A stretch of DNA of 64,000 bases from an uncultured Solirubrobacteraceae bacterium (GCA_964588985.1 CAZPQW010000001.1:64001-128000), one strand, 5' to 3'. Positions 28,309 to 38,973 are shown, numbered from the stretch's first letter. Translations and numbers: made by a program. Notes: generated from the letters alone by a model not told the origin.

Positions 28309-28985
28309 CTGGCGAGCGCCGAGCGCAGGAAGTCGACCGTGCGTCCCCACGAGAGCTGCGCGAGCGCCTCGTCGTAGGTGCCGAGGCGGTTGGTGTCGTT
28401 GAAGAACGCATGCCCCGCGCCGTCGTAGTAGTGGAACGTCGTCTCCACGCCCGCGTCGCGCAGCTCGGACTCGAGCTGCTGCGCGTGCTCGAGCGGGATG
28501 AATTCGTCGGCGGTGCCGAAGTGGCCGAGCACGGGCCCTTCGATCTTCGTGAAGTCGGGCTTGCCGTGAGGCATCACGTAGTAGTAGGTCACGGCGGCGG
28601 AGATGTTGGGGCACGTGGCGGCCGCCCAGATCGAGAGGCCTCCGCCGAGACAGAAGCCGAGCGAGCCGACGCCGGGGCCCTCTACTCCGGGCTGCGAGCG
28701 CAGATACTCCGCCGCGCCGCACATGTCCTTCTCGACCTGGTCCATCGACAGCGCCATCATCTTCTGCTGGGCCTCGCTCGGCTGCGCGGTGGTCTCGCCG
28801 CGGTAGAGGTCGGGCGCGAGCGCGTAGAAGCCCTCGGCGGCGAGGCGGTCGCAGATCGAGCGGATGTGCTCGTCGAGGCCCCACCACTCCTGCAGCACGA
28901 TCGTCGCGGGACCACGCTCGCCGGCGGGAACGGCGAGGTAGCCGGGCGTGGTGCCGTCGCCGGCGGGGAAGTCGATGTCTGGCAT
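28305..28985 (-). CDS. Dienelactone hydrolase family
   Basis: QEWWGL, APDLY, GFCLGG, GHAFFN. Confidence 0.92.
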   Translation of the reverse strand: MPDIDFPAGDGTTPGYLAVPAGERGPATIVLQEWWGLDEHIRSICDRLAAEGFYALAPDLYRGETTAQPSEAQQKMMALSMDQVEKDMCGAAEYLRSQPGVEGPGVGSLGFCLGGGLSIWAAATCPNISAAVTYYYVMPHGKPDFTKIEGPVLGHFGTADEFIPLEHAQQLESELRDAGVETTFHYYDGAGHAFFNDTNRLGTYDEALAQLSWGRTVDFLRSALAS

Positions 28986-29083
28986 GGGTACGTCTCCTTT
29001 TATCAAGTGTGGTGTTCGCCGAGGGCGTGACGGCGCAATACTCTCGCGAGAACTTATCCGCCGGATCACGAAAGGCAAACACC

Positions 29084-30091
29084 GTGGATGCCGTGAACCA
29101 TCAGTTTCAGCTCGCAGCGCGTCCCGTCGGCCTGCCCAAGCCGAGCGACTGGCACTACGCCGAGGCGCCGATCTCCCAGCCTGGCGACGGCGAGGTGCTC
29201 GTGAAGATCCAGTACGTCTCACTCGACCCGGCGATGCGCGGCTGGATGAACGAGAGCCGCTCCTACATCGCGCCCGTGGGGATCGGCGACGTGATGCGCG
29301 CGTTCGCGGCGGGCGAGGCGATCGCGTCGAACGACCCCGACATCGCGGTCGGCGATCACGTGGGCGGTCTGCTCGGGGTCCAGGAGTACGCGGTGGCGCA
29401 CGGCAAGACGGTGTTCAAGCTCGACACTTCGCTCGCGCCGCTGCCGGTGTACCTGGGGACGCTCGGCATGCCCGGGGTGACGGCGTACTTCGGCCTGCTC
29501 GACATCGGCCGTCCCGAGGCGGGCAACACGGTGGTGGTGTCCGGAGCGGCGGGCGCGGTCGGCGGCCTGGTGGGCCAGATCGCGAAGCTGAAGGACTGCC
29601 GCGTGGTGGGGATCGCGGGCGGACCGGAGAAGTGCCGCGGCCTCGTGGAGGACCTCGGCTTCGATGCGGCCATCGACTACAAGGCGCAGGACGTGAGCGC
29701 CGCGCTCGGCGAGCACTGCCCGAACGGGATCGATGTGTTCTACGACAACGTCGGCGGCGAGATCCTCGACGCCGCGCTCGCGCACCTGGCGAGGCGTGCG
29801 CGCGTGGTGATCTGCGGCGCGATCTCCCAGTACAACGCGACGGACGCGATGAAGGGCCCGTCGAACTACCTCGCGCTGCTGGTCAACCACGCGAGCATGA
29901 CCGGCTTCACCATGGGGGACTACCTCGACCGCTACATGGAGGCCGTGACGGAGATGGCCGGCTGGCTGGCGAGCGGCAAGCTGATCTCGCGCGAGGACGT
30001 CGCGGAGGGCCTCGAGAGCTTCCCCGACACGCTGCTGCGGCTGTTCCGGGGCGAGAACACCGGCAAGCTGGTGCTGAAGATCGCCGACTGA
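29084..30091 (+). CDS. NADP-dependent oxidoreductase (prostaglandin reductase/CurA-like)
   Basis: LAARPVG, SLDPAMRGWM, VSGAAGAVG, GENTGKLV. Confidence 0.92.
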   Translation: MDAVNHQFQLAARPVGLPKPSDWHYAEAPISQPGDGEVLVKIQYVSLDPAMRGWMNESRSYIAPVGIGDVMRAFAAGEAIASNDPDIAVGDHVGGLLGVQEYAVAHGKTVFKLDTSLAPLPVYLGTLGMPGVTAYFGLLDIGRPEAGNTVVVSGAAGAVGGLVGQIAKLKDCRVVGIAGGPEKCRGLVEDLGFDAAIDYKAQDVSAALGEHCPNGIDVFYDNVGGEILDAALAHLARRARVVICGAISQYNATDAMKGPSNYLALLVNHASMTGFTMGDYLDRYMEAVTEMAGWLASGKLISREDVAEGLESFPDTLLRLFRGENTGKLVLKIAD

Positions 30092-30111
30092 GCGCCGGCG
30101 GGGCGTGCGTC

Positions 30112-31176
30112 CTACGGCTTGAGGACGTGCGCCTTGGCGGGGTCGATGCGCCCGTCGAGGAGGTCGAGATAGGCGCTCTGTAGCGCCTCGCCGCCCTCGG
30201 CGTGGATCACCTCGAGCCAGCCGGAGCACCATTCGGCGTACGGGCGCCACGCGTCGGCGAGCCGCTGCTCGAAGCCCTCGCGGCCCCAGTCGGCGGTGCG
30301 CTTGCTGACGCGGTCGGGCGCGAAGAAGAACGTGGGGCGTGGGCCGGGCAGTGTGTCCGGCACCGCCCCCATGCGGTCGTGGTGGGTGGCGCCGACGACG
30401 GCGGAGTGGGCGAGGTCCTCGCGGTAGTGCTCGTGGACGGCGGAGCGCACCTCGGCGTCGCCGGCCATGTCGACGTACACCGCGCGTCCCTGCGGGAGCG
30501 CGTCTAGCTCGTCGTAGGCGAGCACGTGGTCGTACACCCCGAGATCGCGCGTGAACGGGGCGGAGCGCGCGGAGGTGAGCCCGACGACGTCGATGCCCTC
30601 GCGGCGCGAGAGCAGGAACGCGAGCGCGCTGGAGGTCTTGCTCGACGCGCTGGAGAGGACCGCGACCTCGGCGCCGAACATGTCGCCGTCGGCGAGGAAG
30701 TCGTCGATCAGATAGGAGGTGAAGAACAGCGGTCGCAGCAGCATCTGCAGGTCCTCGGTGTCCGCTGAGTAGACCGGGTCGGCGTCGACGCGCACGTAGC
30801 CGTTGTACGCGGGCGGGAGCTTCGCGCGATGCGCGGCGGCGTCGGTGAACCCGTGCGCGCCCACGCGCGCGGGCGTGACGACGAGCTCGCTCGACGGCGG
30901 CAGGTAGCCGTAGACGCGCGTGCCCACCTCCAGCTCGGGAACGCGGCTGGCGCTGACGTCGGCGAACCCCCACACCGGCATGTGACCCCAGCCCTCCTCG
31001 GCGGGGAAGAAGCCCCAGTAGGACATCGCCTCGCCGAACATCGCGTAGGTGATGTTGTTCGCGCTCAGGCCGAAGCTCGACACGGCGAGCTTCGCCTGGC
31101 CCTCCTCCAGCTCGGCCGGCTCGCTCTCCACGACGCGGCAGTTGTGCAGGTCGTCCTTGGCGATCAGGAAGTCCAT
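30112..31176 (-). CDS. DUF2855 family protein
   Basis: FGLSANNITYA, PVWGFA, LRPLFFTS, SASSKT. Confidence 0.8.
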   Translation of the reverse strand: MDFLIAKDDLHNCRVVESEPAELEEGQAKLAVSSFGLSANNITYAMFGEAMSYWGFFPAEEGWGHMPVWGFADVSASRVPELEVGTRVYGYLPPSSELVVTPARVGAHGFTDAAAHRAKLPPAYNGYVRVDADPVYSADTEDLQMLLRPLFFTSYLIDDFLADGDMFGAEVAVLSSASSKTSSALAFLLSRREGIDVVGLTSARSAPFTRDLGVYDHVLAYDELDALPQGRAVYVDMAGDAEVRSAVHEHYREDLAHSAVVGATHHDRMGAVPDTLPGPRPTFFFAPDRVSKRTADWGREGFEQRLADAWRPYAEWCSGWLEVIHAEGGEALQSAYLDLLDGRIDPAKAHVLKP

Positions 31177-31188
31177 GTAACGCGCAGC

Positions 31189-32481
31189 TTACGCGCCCGC
31201 GGGGGTCTCGGCTAGATCGAGGCGCTCGAGCATGCGGGTCTCGCGCGGCAGTAGCCCGAGGACGAACGCGACGAACGCGAGCACCGAGCCGCCGATCAGC
31301 ACGTTGACGGTGCCGAGTGCTTCGGCGAGCGGTCCAGCGGCGATATAGCCGAATGGCAGCAGCGCGTAGGAGACCATCCAGTCGTAGGAGCTGACGCGCG
31401 AGAGCGAGCCGGGCGGGATCCGTTCGGCGAGCGCGGTCATCCACCACACGTTGAACAGCGCGATGCCCATGCCCGCGAGCACCGCCGCGGGGAGCACGAG
31501 CACGAGGGTGACTCCGGTTGCGTAGAGGACCGCGTCGAGCGGCCACACGAGCATCGCGAGCATCGCGAGGCGCATCGGGTGTCGCGGGCGCCAGCCGATT
31601 CCGACGATCGAGCCGATGATCGTGCCGAAGCCGATCGACGCCTCGACCACCCCGTATACCGACAGGTGGCCGTACTGCTGGAGCGCGATCGCGGGGCCGA
31701 GCACGAACCACGGCGCGAGGCCGCAGCACAGCGCGACGCTGAACGACGCGAGCGTCGCCCACACCCACGCCCGCGCGCGCACCTCGCGAGCGCCCGCGCG
31801 CACCTCCGCCCACACGCTCTTGCGCGGAGCTGGCGCCTGCGCGGCGGAGGTCGTCGTCCCTGTGAGCTGTGATTGCCGAACCGCGCGCGCTCGTGGGCGC
31901 ACGCGTGTGAGGAAGGCGGCGCTGAGCAGGAACGTGGCGCTGTCGAGCGCGAACGCCCAGCCGGCGCCCGCGCCGAGCACGAGCGCGGTGGCGAGCGTGG
32001 GGCCGGCGAATTCGGCGAAGTTGTTCGACATGCCCGTGATTGCGGTCGCCTGCTGGATGTCCTCCTCCGCGACGGTTTGCGGCAAGAGACCCTCGGCGGC
32101 GGGCCGGAAGAACGCCTCCGCTGCGCCGAACACGATCTCGATCGCGACCAGCTGCCAGATCCGGACGGAGCCGACGAAGATCAGCACCGCGAGCAGCGCG
32201 TGGAGCGCGAAGCGGATGAGGTCGGTGGCGATCATCACCCGGTGGCGCGGCAAGCGGTCGGCCCACACGCCGCCGATCAGCAGGAACGCGACGAGTGAGA
32301 GCGCGTGCGCGCCCAGCACCAGCCCGAGGTCGGTGGCGCTGCCGGTGAGCTGCACGACGTAAAGCGCGAGCGCGACCAGCACGATGAAGTCGCCGATCGC
32401 GCTCGTGGACTGCGCAAGCCACAGCGAGCGGAAGTCGCTCCCGCGCAGAACCCGTCTCATCTCGCCGAGGCTTGACTTCAC
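31189..32481 (-). CDS. MFS transporter
   Basis: FRSLWLAQ, GGVWADRLPRHRVMI, multiple TMs. Confidence 0.9.
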   Translation of the reverse strand: MKSSLGEMRRVLRGSDFRSLWLAQSTSAIGDFIVLVALALYVVQLTGSATDLGLVLGAHALSLVAFLLIGGVWADRLPRHRVMIATDLIRFALHALLAVLIFVGSVRIWQLVAIEIVFGAAEAFFRPAAEGLLPQTVAEEDIQQATAITGMSNNFAEFAGPTLATALVLGAGAGWAFALDSATFLLSAAFLTRVRPRARAVRQSQLTGTTTSAAQAPAPRKSVWAEVRAGAREVRARAWVWATLASFSVALCCGLAPWFVLGPAIALQQYGHLSVYGVVEASIGFGTIIGSIVGIGWRPRHPMRLAMLAMLVWPLDAVLYATGVTLVLVLPAAVLAGMGIALFNVWWMTALAERIPPGSLSRVSSYDWMVSYALLPFGYIAAGPLAEALGTVNVLIGGSVLAFVAFVLGLLPRETRMLERLDLAETPAGA

Positions 32482-32509
32482 CCCAGCCAGCTTGACGCGT
32501 TCCGCGGAT

Positions 32510-33001
32510 TCAGGCGGGAACGGGTGCCGCGCGGCGCTCCGCGAGGCGCTGCTCGGCGTAGGCGCGGCCGCGCTCGGCGTCGCCGGTGGCGAACGTGGCG
32601 ATGTCCGCGAGTGTGACGACGCGGCCGAGCGCGCCCCACGTGCCGTCTGGGATCTCGGGCGTAAAGACCCACACGCGCGAAGGGTCGCGGTCGTGGGCGC
32701 CCTGCTCCGCGTCGAGCACCGCCTCGGTGATGCTCGCGACCATCCCCTGGCGGCGCTCGGGGTCGTACTGCCCCTCGGGCACGGACGCGACGAAGCGGTA
32801 GCGGGGCGTCTCGGCGCGTGAGCCGGCGACGTACACGTCCTGCGGGCGGTGAACGAACAGCCACGCGATCGAGCGCACCTGCGGGTTGGTCGGATCGGCG
32901 CCCTCGTGGGTGATGAGGATGTCGGTGAGGTCGGCGAGCAGCCGCTCCTCGGCCTCGGGTGTGAGCGCTCCTGCGGGGATGTATGCGTCGAGCATCGGCA
33001 T
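32510..33001 (-). CDS. Tautomerase family protein
   Basis: N-terminal Pro (MPMLDAYI), RVWVF.EIPDG.WG. Confidence 0.75.
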   Translation of the reverse strand: MPMLDAYIPAGALTPEAEERLLADLTDILITHEGADPTNPQVRSIAWLFVHRPQDVYVAGSRAETPRYRFVASVPEGQYDPERRQGMVASITEAVLDAEQGAHDRDPSRVWVFTPEIPDGTWGALGRVVTLADIATFATGDAERGRAYAEQRLAERRAAPVPA

Positions 33002-33098
33002 GCGATGAGCCTCCTGTGAGTCACTTTCTTTATAAGAGCGAGCTGTCGCGGCGACCATAGCGGAGTAACTCCTCTTATGCAAGCGATACACTGCGCGC

Positions 33099-33632
33099 AT
33101 GAAGCGAACGTCCCTCGCCAACCAGCCGTGCTCGATCGCGCGGACGCTCGACGTGGTCGGCGAGTGGTGGGCGCCGCTGATCCTGCGCGACGTCGCCTAC
33201 GGCGTTCGCCGCTTCGGCGAGATCCAGGACGACCTCGGCATCTCCGCGAACGTGCTCGCCGACCGCCTTGGGGCGCTCGTGGCGGCGGGGGTCCTCGAGA
33301 CGCACGTCTACCAGCAGCGCCCTGAGCGCCATGAGTACCGGCTGACGGAGAAGGGCGCCGACCTGATTCCAGCGCTGCTGGCGCTGATGCAGTGGGGAGA
33401 CCGCTGGACGTGGCCGGGCAAGCGGGGGCCTGTGCGGGTGGTGCACCACGACTGTGGGCAGGAGGTCAGCGTGGAGGTGCGCTGTGAGACCTGCGACCGA
33501 GAGCTGGAGATGGGGGAGCTGCGCGCGAAGCCGCGGCGGGGAGTGGTGGAGGAGCCGGGCGAGGGAGATCCGGGGCGGCTGTCGGGGATGCGGCTGCAGG
33601 CCAGTCGGGAGGGGGCGCGGCTGGAGGCGTAG
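33099..33632 (+). CDS. HxlR-family regulator
   Basis: CSIARTLDVVGEWW, EYRLTEKG. Confidence 0.92.
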   Translation: MKRTSLANQPCSIARTLDVVGEWWAPLILRDVAYGVRRFGEIQDDLGISANVLADRLGALVAAGVLETHVYQQRPERHEYRLTEKGADLIPALLALMQWGDRWTWPGKRGPVRVVHHDCGQEVSVEVRCETCDRELEMGELRAKPRRGVVEEPGEGDPGRLSGMRLQASREGARLEA

Positions 33633-33643
33633 GGCTCAGGCCC

Positions 33644-34111
33644 TCAGACCTCGCCGTCCCAGTAGTCGACCGCGCCATCCGCGCGGCGCAGCATCACGTT
33701 GTCGTCGGGGTTGCCGGGCCAGACGCCGATCTTGTCGCTGTCCGGATACACCGCGACGGAAGGCTCGCGTGCGCTGGAGAACATCATGATCCGCGCGCTC
33801 GACTCGGACTTGTTGGAGACCCTGTGGGCGCCGTCGGGGCCGGGTGGGAAGCAGACGATCTCGCCGCGTTCGAGCGTCTCCTCGCCAGATGGGATGCGGA
33901 CGACGACGCTGCCGTCGAGCACCACGAGCCACTCCTCCTCGTACTCGTAGTGATACGGGCACAAAGCCTCGCCCCGAGGCAACTCGAAGACCTTGACCGC
34001 GAGCGCTTGGCCGCCGACGGCCTTGCCGACCCGCGCCATCGCGGCGCGATATCCTGCCGGGTCGCTCTCGTCAAACTCGCACTCGTCGCTGAAGATGTTC
34101 GCTCGGCGCAT
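33644..34111 (-). CDS. Cupin-domain protein
   Basis: CPYHYEYEEEW, FPPGPDGAH, YPDSDK. Confidence 0.85.
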   Translation of the reverse strand: MRRANIFSDECEFDESDPAGYRAAMARVGKAVGGQALAVKVFELPRGEALCPYHYEYEEEWLVVLDGSVVVRIPSGEETLERGEIVCFPPGPDGAHRVSNKSESSARIMMFSSAREPSVAVYPDSDKIGVWPGNPDDNVMLRRADGAVDYWDGEV

Positions 34112-34120
34112 ACGCCGATG

Positions 34121-34912
34121 CTACTTGCGCTTGGCTTGGTGCTCCAGCACCTTCCCGAACGCGTCCTCCAGCTGGGTGGTCATCCGCTGCTTGAACAGCG
34201 CGAGCAGCGCCTCCGAGGCCATCGGTCGCAGCGAGTTGACCGCGTCGGTGAGCTCGTCCCAGCGCTCGTCCGGACGGCCGGCGGCCTCGAAGGGCTCCCA
34301 CAGCTCGCGGATGAACAGCTTGGTGAACGCGCGCGAGATCGACTCGCAGTCGCGGCTCATGCGCTCCACAAGCGACAGCGCGGCGCGCAGCGGGATGCCG
34401 AGGGCGGTGACCTCTTCGGCGGCGCTCAGCAGTGCGGGGCTTGGGACTTCGAAGCGGTCGTCCCCGAGCGGCACGAGCAGTTTGAGCTTGATCACTCGCT
34501 CGGTGTCCTTGTGGGCGACGGGGCCGAAGCGCTTCTCCAGTTCCTCCGCGGTGATGAACTCGGGCGTCTCGGGCTCATACGGTGCGGTTACCGCGGCGCG
34601 CAGGCCGAGCAGGCGACCGGCGAGGCCATCGGAGCCGCTGAGCAGTCGCTCGATCGCGGCAAGGTTGAAGCCGTCGGCCTGTAGGTCGAGGATCAGCTTG
34701 AGCCGTGCGACGTGGTCGGCGTTGTAGTAGCCGATGCGTGCACGAACCTCCGGAGCGGGTAGTAGTCCCCGTGTGTGGTGGTTGCGGATGTTGCGAACCG
34801 ACATGCCGACCTCGGCGGCGAGCTGCTCGACGGTTAGGTTGTTACCGGGGGTCGAGCCGTTCTGCTTCTTGGTCGCCGGTGTTTTGGGGGCGGTCTCTGT
34901 GTTTGTCGTCAC
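34121..34912 (-). CDS. MerR-family regulator
   Basis: LTVEQLAAEVGMSVRNIR...GLLPAP. Confidence 0.88.
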   Translation of the reverse strand: MTTNTETAPKTPATKKQNGSTPGNNLTVEQLAAEVGMSVRNIRNHHTRGLLPAPEVRARIGYYNADHVARLKLILDLQADGFNLAAIERLLSGSDGLAGRLLGLRAAVTAPYEPETPEFITAEELEKRFGPVAHKDTERVIKLKLLVPLGDDRFEVPSPALLSAAEEVTALGIPLRAALSLVERMSRDCESISRAFTKLFIRELWEPFEAAGRPDERWDELTDAVNSLRPMASEALLALFKQRMTTQLEDAFGKVLEHQAKRK

Positions 34913-34933
34913 AGTTGGAGGATACCACGTTTG

Positions 34934-34957
34934 ATGTACCCTCATTTGAGGTAACAT
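34934..34957. promoter_or_regulatory. Imperfect inverted repeat between MerR and the desaturase operon
   Basis: ATGTACCCTCA-tt-TGAGGTAACAT. Confidence 0.45.
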
Positions 34958-35011
34958 TAACTCGCGTCATGACTTTCATCCTTCATCCATCGAGCGAGAG
35001 CAGCGGCCCTG

Positions 35012-36121
35012 GTGGCGCCCGTGGCTGAACGCGGCGCCGTGCCCCAGGTCTCCGCCGGGCGCCGTAGGGCGCTGGGGCTGATCCGCTCGTTCACCTCGCC
35101 GCTGCTGCCGGACGACTACCTCGAGCTGATCAACCCGCTGTGGTCGACGCGCGAGCTGCGCGGGCGCATCGAACGCGTCGAGCGCGAGACCGCGGAGGCG
35201 GTGACGGTGCTGATCAAGCCAGGGTGGGAGTGGCTGGGCCATCGGCCCGGTCAGTACGTGCGGCTGGGCATCGCGGTCGATGGCATCCATCACTGGCGCG
35301 CGTACTCGCTCACCTCCGACCCCGCGCGCCCCGACGGCTGCATCGCCATCACCCCCAAGCTGGTCGAGGGCGGGAAGGTGACGCCGTTCCTCTGCGGGGA
35401 CGTGCGCCCCGGCACGGTTGTCCGTCTCGGCGGCGTGGAAGGGAGCTTTGTGCTCCCCGATCCGCTGCCCGAGCGGCTGCTGTTCGTGAGTGCGGGCAGC
35501 GGGATCACGCCGATCATGAGCATGCTCCGCAGCCTCGACCGCGCGGGCGGGCTGCGCGACGTGGTGCACGTGCACTGCGAGCGCGACGCCGAGCGGGTGA
35601 TCTTCGGCGGCGAGCTGCGCGATCTGAGCGAGCGCGCGCCCGGCTACACGCTCCACGAGCAGCTCAGCGGACAACAGGGTCGCCTGAGCGCGGAGCGCCT
35701 GCAGGAGCTGTGTCCCGACTGGCGCGAGCGCGAGACGTTCCTGTGTGGCCCGGGCGGGCTGTTGGACGCGATGAGCGAGCACTGGCAGCTCGACGGCGAT
35801 CCCGCGCGTCTGCACGTGGAGCACTTTCAGCCGCACTTGGCGGTCGGCGACGGCGAGCGCGGCGCGGGCGGGGCGATTCGCTTCTGCAAGAGCGGCGTGG
35901 ACGCGGCGAGCGACGGCGAGCAGCCGATCCTCGTGGCGGGCGAGAACGCGGGGGCTGAGCTTCCGTTCGGCTGTCGCATGGGCATCTGCCACAGCTGCGT
36001 GGGGCGTCTGCGCACTGGGCAGGTTCGCGACCTGCGCACCGGCCGCGTGCACGGCTCGCCTGGAGAACTGCTGCGCACCTGCGTCAACGCGCCCGAAGGC
36101 GCGATCGAGATCGACCTATGA
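35012..36121 (+). CDS. Ferredoxin reductase partner of acyl-CoA desaturase
   Basis: PGQYV, RAYSLTS, AGSGITP, CGP, GCRMGICHSC. Confidence 0.9.
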   Translation: MAPVAERGAVPQVSAGRRRALGLIRSFTSPLLPDDYLELINPLWSTRELRGRIERVERETAEAVTVLIKPGWEWLGHRPGQYVRLGIAVDGIHHWRAYSLTSDPARPDGCIAITPKLVEGGKVTPFLCGDVRPGTVVRLGGVEGSFVLPDPLPERLLFVSAGSGITPIMSMLRSLDRAGGLRDVVHVHCERDAERVIFGGELRDLSERAPGYTLHEQLSGQQGRLSAERLQELCPDWRERETFLCGPGGLLDAMSEHWQLDGDPARLHVEHFQPHLAVGDGERGAGGAIRFCKSGVDAASDGEQPILVAGENAGAELPFGCRMGICHSCVGRLRTGQVRDLRTGRVHGSPGELLRTCVNAPEGAIEIDL

Positions 36122-36168
36122 CCGGCCTCCGAGCACCTCTGACCATCCACGAGCGAAGGATCTGAGAC

Positions 36169-37368
36169 ATGTCAGCCACAACAGCCGAGCGCCCTGTGAC
36201 GGAGCGCACCGCCGATGAGCCTGAGAACCCGCTCGCGAACCTGACGACCGAGCAGCTGGAGCAGCTCGGCCGCGAGTTCGACGCGATCCACGACGAGGTC
36301 TACGCGGACCTCGGCGATCGCGACGCGCGCTACATCCGCTCCACGATCAAGCTCCACCGCCATCTCGTGCTGGCCTCGCGCTTGCTGCTGATGGGCTCGC
36401 GCAAGCGGCCGCTTTGGCTGGCGGGCACGACTGCGCTGTCGCTGGCGAAGATCCTCGAGAACATGGAGATCGGCCACAACGTGATGCACGGCCAGTGGGA
36501 CTGGATGAACGACCCGGACATCAACTCCCAGAACTGGGACTGGGACACGGCCTCGCCGGCGGACGCGTGGCGGCACTCGCACAACTACGAGCACCACACG
36601 TTCACCAATATCCGCGGCAAGGATCGCGACCTCGGCTACGAGATCATGCGCATCGACCCGCATCAGAAGTGGCACCCGGTTTACCTGCTCCAGCCCTTCT
36701 ACAACCTGCTGCTGATGGGCTTCTTCGAGTGGGGCGTGGCGATGCACGACCTCAACCGCGGCGCGATCCACTCGGGCGAGAAGTCGAAGGAGCAGGTGCT
36801 CGAAGAGCTGAAGGCGATCGGCGTCAAGGCGCGCGATCAGATCGTCAAGGACTACGCCGCGTTTCCCGCGCTCTCGGCGCTGGCGGCGCTCGCGACCAGT
36901 CGCGGGTCGGTGGCGTCGGGGCGGAGCTCGTTCAAGTCGACCATGACGGCAAACTTCACCGCCAACATCGTGCGCAACATGTGGGCCTACTCGATCATCT
37001 TCTGCGGCCACTTCCCCGACCAGACCTACACGTTCAGCGAGGAGGAGGTCGCGGACGAGACCCGCGGCGGCTTCTACGTGCGTCAGCTGCTCGGCTCGGC
37101 GAACATCGACGGCGGCCCGGTCTTCCACCTGCTCGCGGGCAACCTCAGCTTCCAGGTCGAGCACCACCTGTTCCCCGACATGCCCTCCAGCCGCTACGCG
37201 GAGATCGCGCCGAGGGTGCGCGACATCTGCCGCCGCTACGGCCTCCCCTACAACACGGGTCCGCTGCACAAGCAGCTCGGCACCGTCCACCGCACGATCC
37301 TGCGACTGGCCTTCCCCGGCGGCAGGTCACGTCCCAAGCCTGGGCCGTACCGGCCGAGCGAGGTCTAG
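36169..37368 (+). CDS. Membrane fatty acyl-CoA desaturase (DesA3-like)
   Basis: His boxes GHNVMHG, HNYEHH, QVEHHLFP. Confidence 0.92.
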   Translation: MSATTAERPVTERTADEPENPLANLTTEQLEQLGREFDAIHDEVYADLGDRDARYIRSTIKLHRHLVLASRLLLMGSRKRPLWLAGTTALSLAKILENMEIGHNVMHGQWDWMNDPDINSQNWDWDTASPADAWRHSHNYEHHTFTNIRGKDRDLGYEIMRIDPHQKWHPVYLLQPFYNLLLMGFFEWGVAMHDLNRGAIHSGEKSKEQVLEELKAIGVKARDQIVKDYAAFPALSALAALATSRGSVASGRSSFKSTMTANFTANIVRNMWAYSIIFCGHFPDQTYTFSEEEVADETRGGFYVRQLLGSANIDGGPVFHLLAGNLSFQVEHHLFPDMPSSRYAEIAPRVRDICRRYGLPYNTGPLHKQLGTVHRTILRLAFPGGRSRPKPGPYRPSEV

Positions 37369-38141
37369 TCGCAGCCGGTGATGCCGCCGTCGAGCGGGAT
37401 CACCGTGCCGGTGAGGTAGGCGCCGGCGCGCGAGGCGAGGAACTGCACGAGCCCCGCGACGTCGTCGGCGCGCCCGATGCGTCCGAGCGGCACGGACTGC
37501 TCGACCGCCTCACGCGTCTCGGGGTTGTCGAGGATGAAGGCCATCATCTTGCTCTCGAATGGCCCCGGAGCTATCGCGTTGACGGTGATGTGCTCGGAGG
37601 CGAGGCGCTTGGCGAGGTGGCGGGTGAGCATGTGGACGGCGGCCTTCGACGCGCTGTAACTGAAGTTCTCCACGGCAGGCGTGCGCAGGCCGTCGATCGA
37701 GCCGATGTTGATCACGCGCGCGGGGTCGTCGGCTTCGGCCGCGGCGCGCAGCGCGGGCAGCAGCGCGACGGTGAGGTGGAAGACGCCCTCGACGTTGGTG
37801 TGCATGACCTTGTCCCAGCCGGTCGCGGGGAAGTCCTCGATCGGCGCTCCCCAGACGACGCCGGCGTTGTTGACGAGGATGTCGAGCGCCTGAAAGCGCG
37901 AGTGGGTCTCTGCGGCGAGCGCCGCGGCGCCCTCGGGTTTCGAGACGTCGCCGACGATCGCCTCGCACTCGCCGTGCTCGCTCAGCAGTCGCGCGGCCGC
38001 CTCGACGTCTTCGCGCTTGCGCGAGGAGATGATCACGCGCGCGCCCGCCTGCACGAGGCCGCGGGCGATCATCAGGCCGATGCCGCGCGATCCGCCGGTG
38101 ACGAGCGCGGTCTTGCCGGATACGTCGAAGAGGTCGCTCAT
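37365..38141 (-). CDS. SDR oxidoreductase
   Basis: TGGSRGIG, NNAG, YSASK. Confidence 0.93.
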   Translation of the reverse strand: MSDLFDVSGKTALVTGGSRGIGLMIARGLVQAGARVIISSRKREDVEAAARLLSEHGECEAIVGDVSKPEGAAALAAETHSRFQALDILVNNAGVVWGAPIEDFPATGWDKVMHTNVEGVFHLTVALLPALRAAAEADDPARVINIGSIDGLRTPAVENFSYSASKAAVHMLTRHLAKRLASEHITVNAIAPGPFESKMMAFILDNPETREAVEQSVPLGRIGRADDVAGLVQFLASRAGAYLTGTVIPLDGGITGCD

Positions 38142-38143
38142 CG

Positions 38144-38947
38144 CTAGTCGGCGAACTCCGCGGGACGCTTCTCGAGGAACGCGCCGATCGCCTCGGGTAC
38201 GGCCTGGCCGAAGGTGCTCATGATCTGCTGGCGGTCCTCGTACTCGACCGCGGCCTGCTCGGAGGGGATCTCCAGCGCCGTCCAGATCCCGCGCTTGGTC
38301 AGCCGCACGCCCCACGGCGCGAGCGACGCGATCTGCTGCGCGCTCTCGAGCGCTCGCTCGAGCAAACGATCGCCCTCGACGACGTCGGCGACGAGCCCGA
38401 TCCGCAGCGCCTCCTCGGCGTCGACCCTGCGGCCGGTGAGCATCAGCTCGTGCGAGCGCGACGCGCCGATCAGGCGCGGCAGCAGCCAGCTGGTGCCCAT
38501 GTCGCAGTTCGACACGCCTATGTTGATGAACGCCGCGCGGAACACCGCGGCGGTGCTCGCGTAGCGGATGTCGCTGCCGAGGCTCAGCGCGAGGCCGAAC
38601 CCCGCGGCGGGGCCGTTGACGGCGGCGATCACCGGCTGCGGCAGTGCGCGCAGCTCGAGGATCAGCGTGGACATGTGCTGCTGGTTGCCGAGGCGGTCGC
38701 GCGATTCGTCGTTGCCGTCGTTCCCCGGTGCGGCGCCGTAGCCGTGGAGGTCGAGGCCCGCGCAGAAGCCGCGGCCGGCGCCGGTGAGGATCACGGCGCG
38801 GCACGAGCGGTCGGCCGCGATCGCGCGCAGCTGGCCGTGCAGCTCCTCGCACAGCTCGGCGTTCATCGTGTTGAGCTGCTCGGGCCGGTTGAGCGTCAGC
38901 TGACGAACGTGCGGGGCGGGTTCGTCGACGAGCAGCAGAGCGGTCAT
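38144..38947 (-). CDS. Enoyl-CoA hydratase/isomerase
   Basis: LNRPEQLN, GFCAGLDL, PVIAAVNGPAAG. Confidence 0.92.
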   Translation of the reverse strand: MTALLLVDEPAPHVRQLTLNRPEQLNTMNAELCEELHGQLRAIAADRSCRAVILTGAGRGFCAGLDLHGYGAAPGNDGNDESRDRLGNQQHMSTLILELRALPQPVIAAVNGPAAGFGLALSLGSDIRYASTAAVFRAAFINIGVSNCDMGTSWLLPRLIGASRSHELMLTGRRVDAEEALRIGLVADVVEGDRLLERALESAQQIASLAPWGVRLTKRGIWTALEIPSEQAAVEYEDRQQIMSTFGQAVPEAIGAFLEKRPAEFAD

Positions 38948-38973
38948 GGCGAGCGCTGATACTACGCGCTGGG

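Noticed and set aside
29219-32422. 1067-aa ORF and similar long Arg/Ala/Pro-rich ORFs (e.g. 386..1954, 3145..5325, 25556..27367, 57001..58923)
   Set aside because: Shadow frames of recognisable genes, expected at this GC content.
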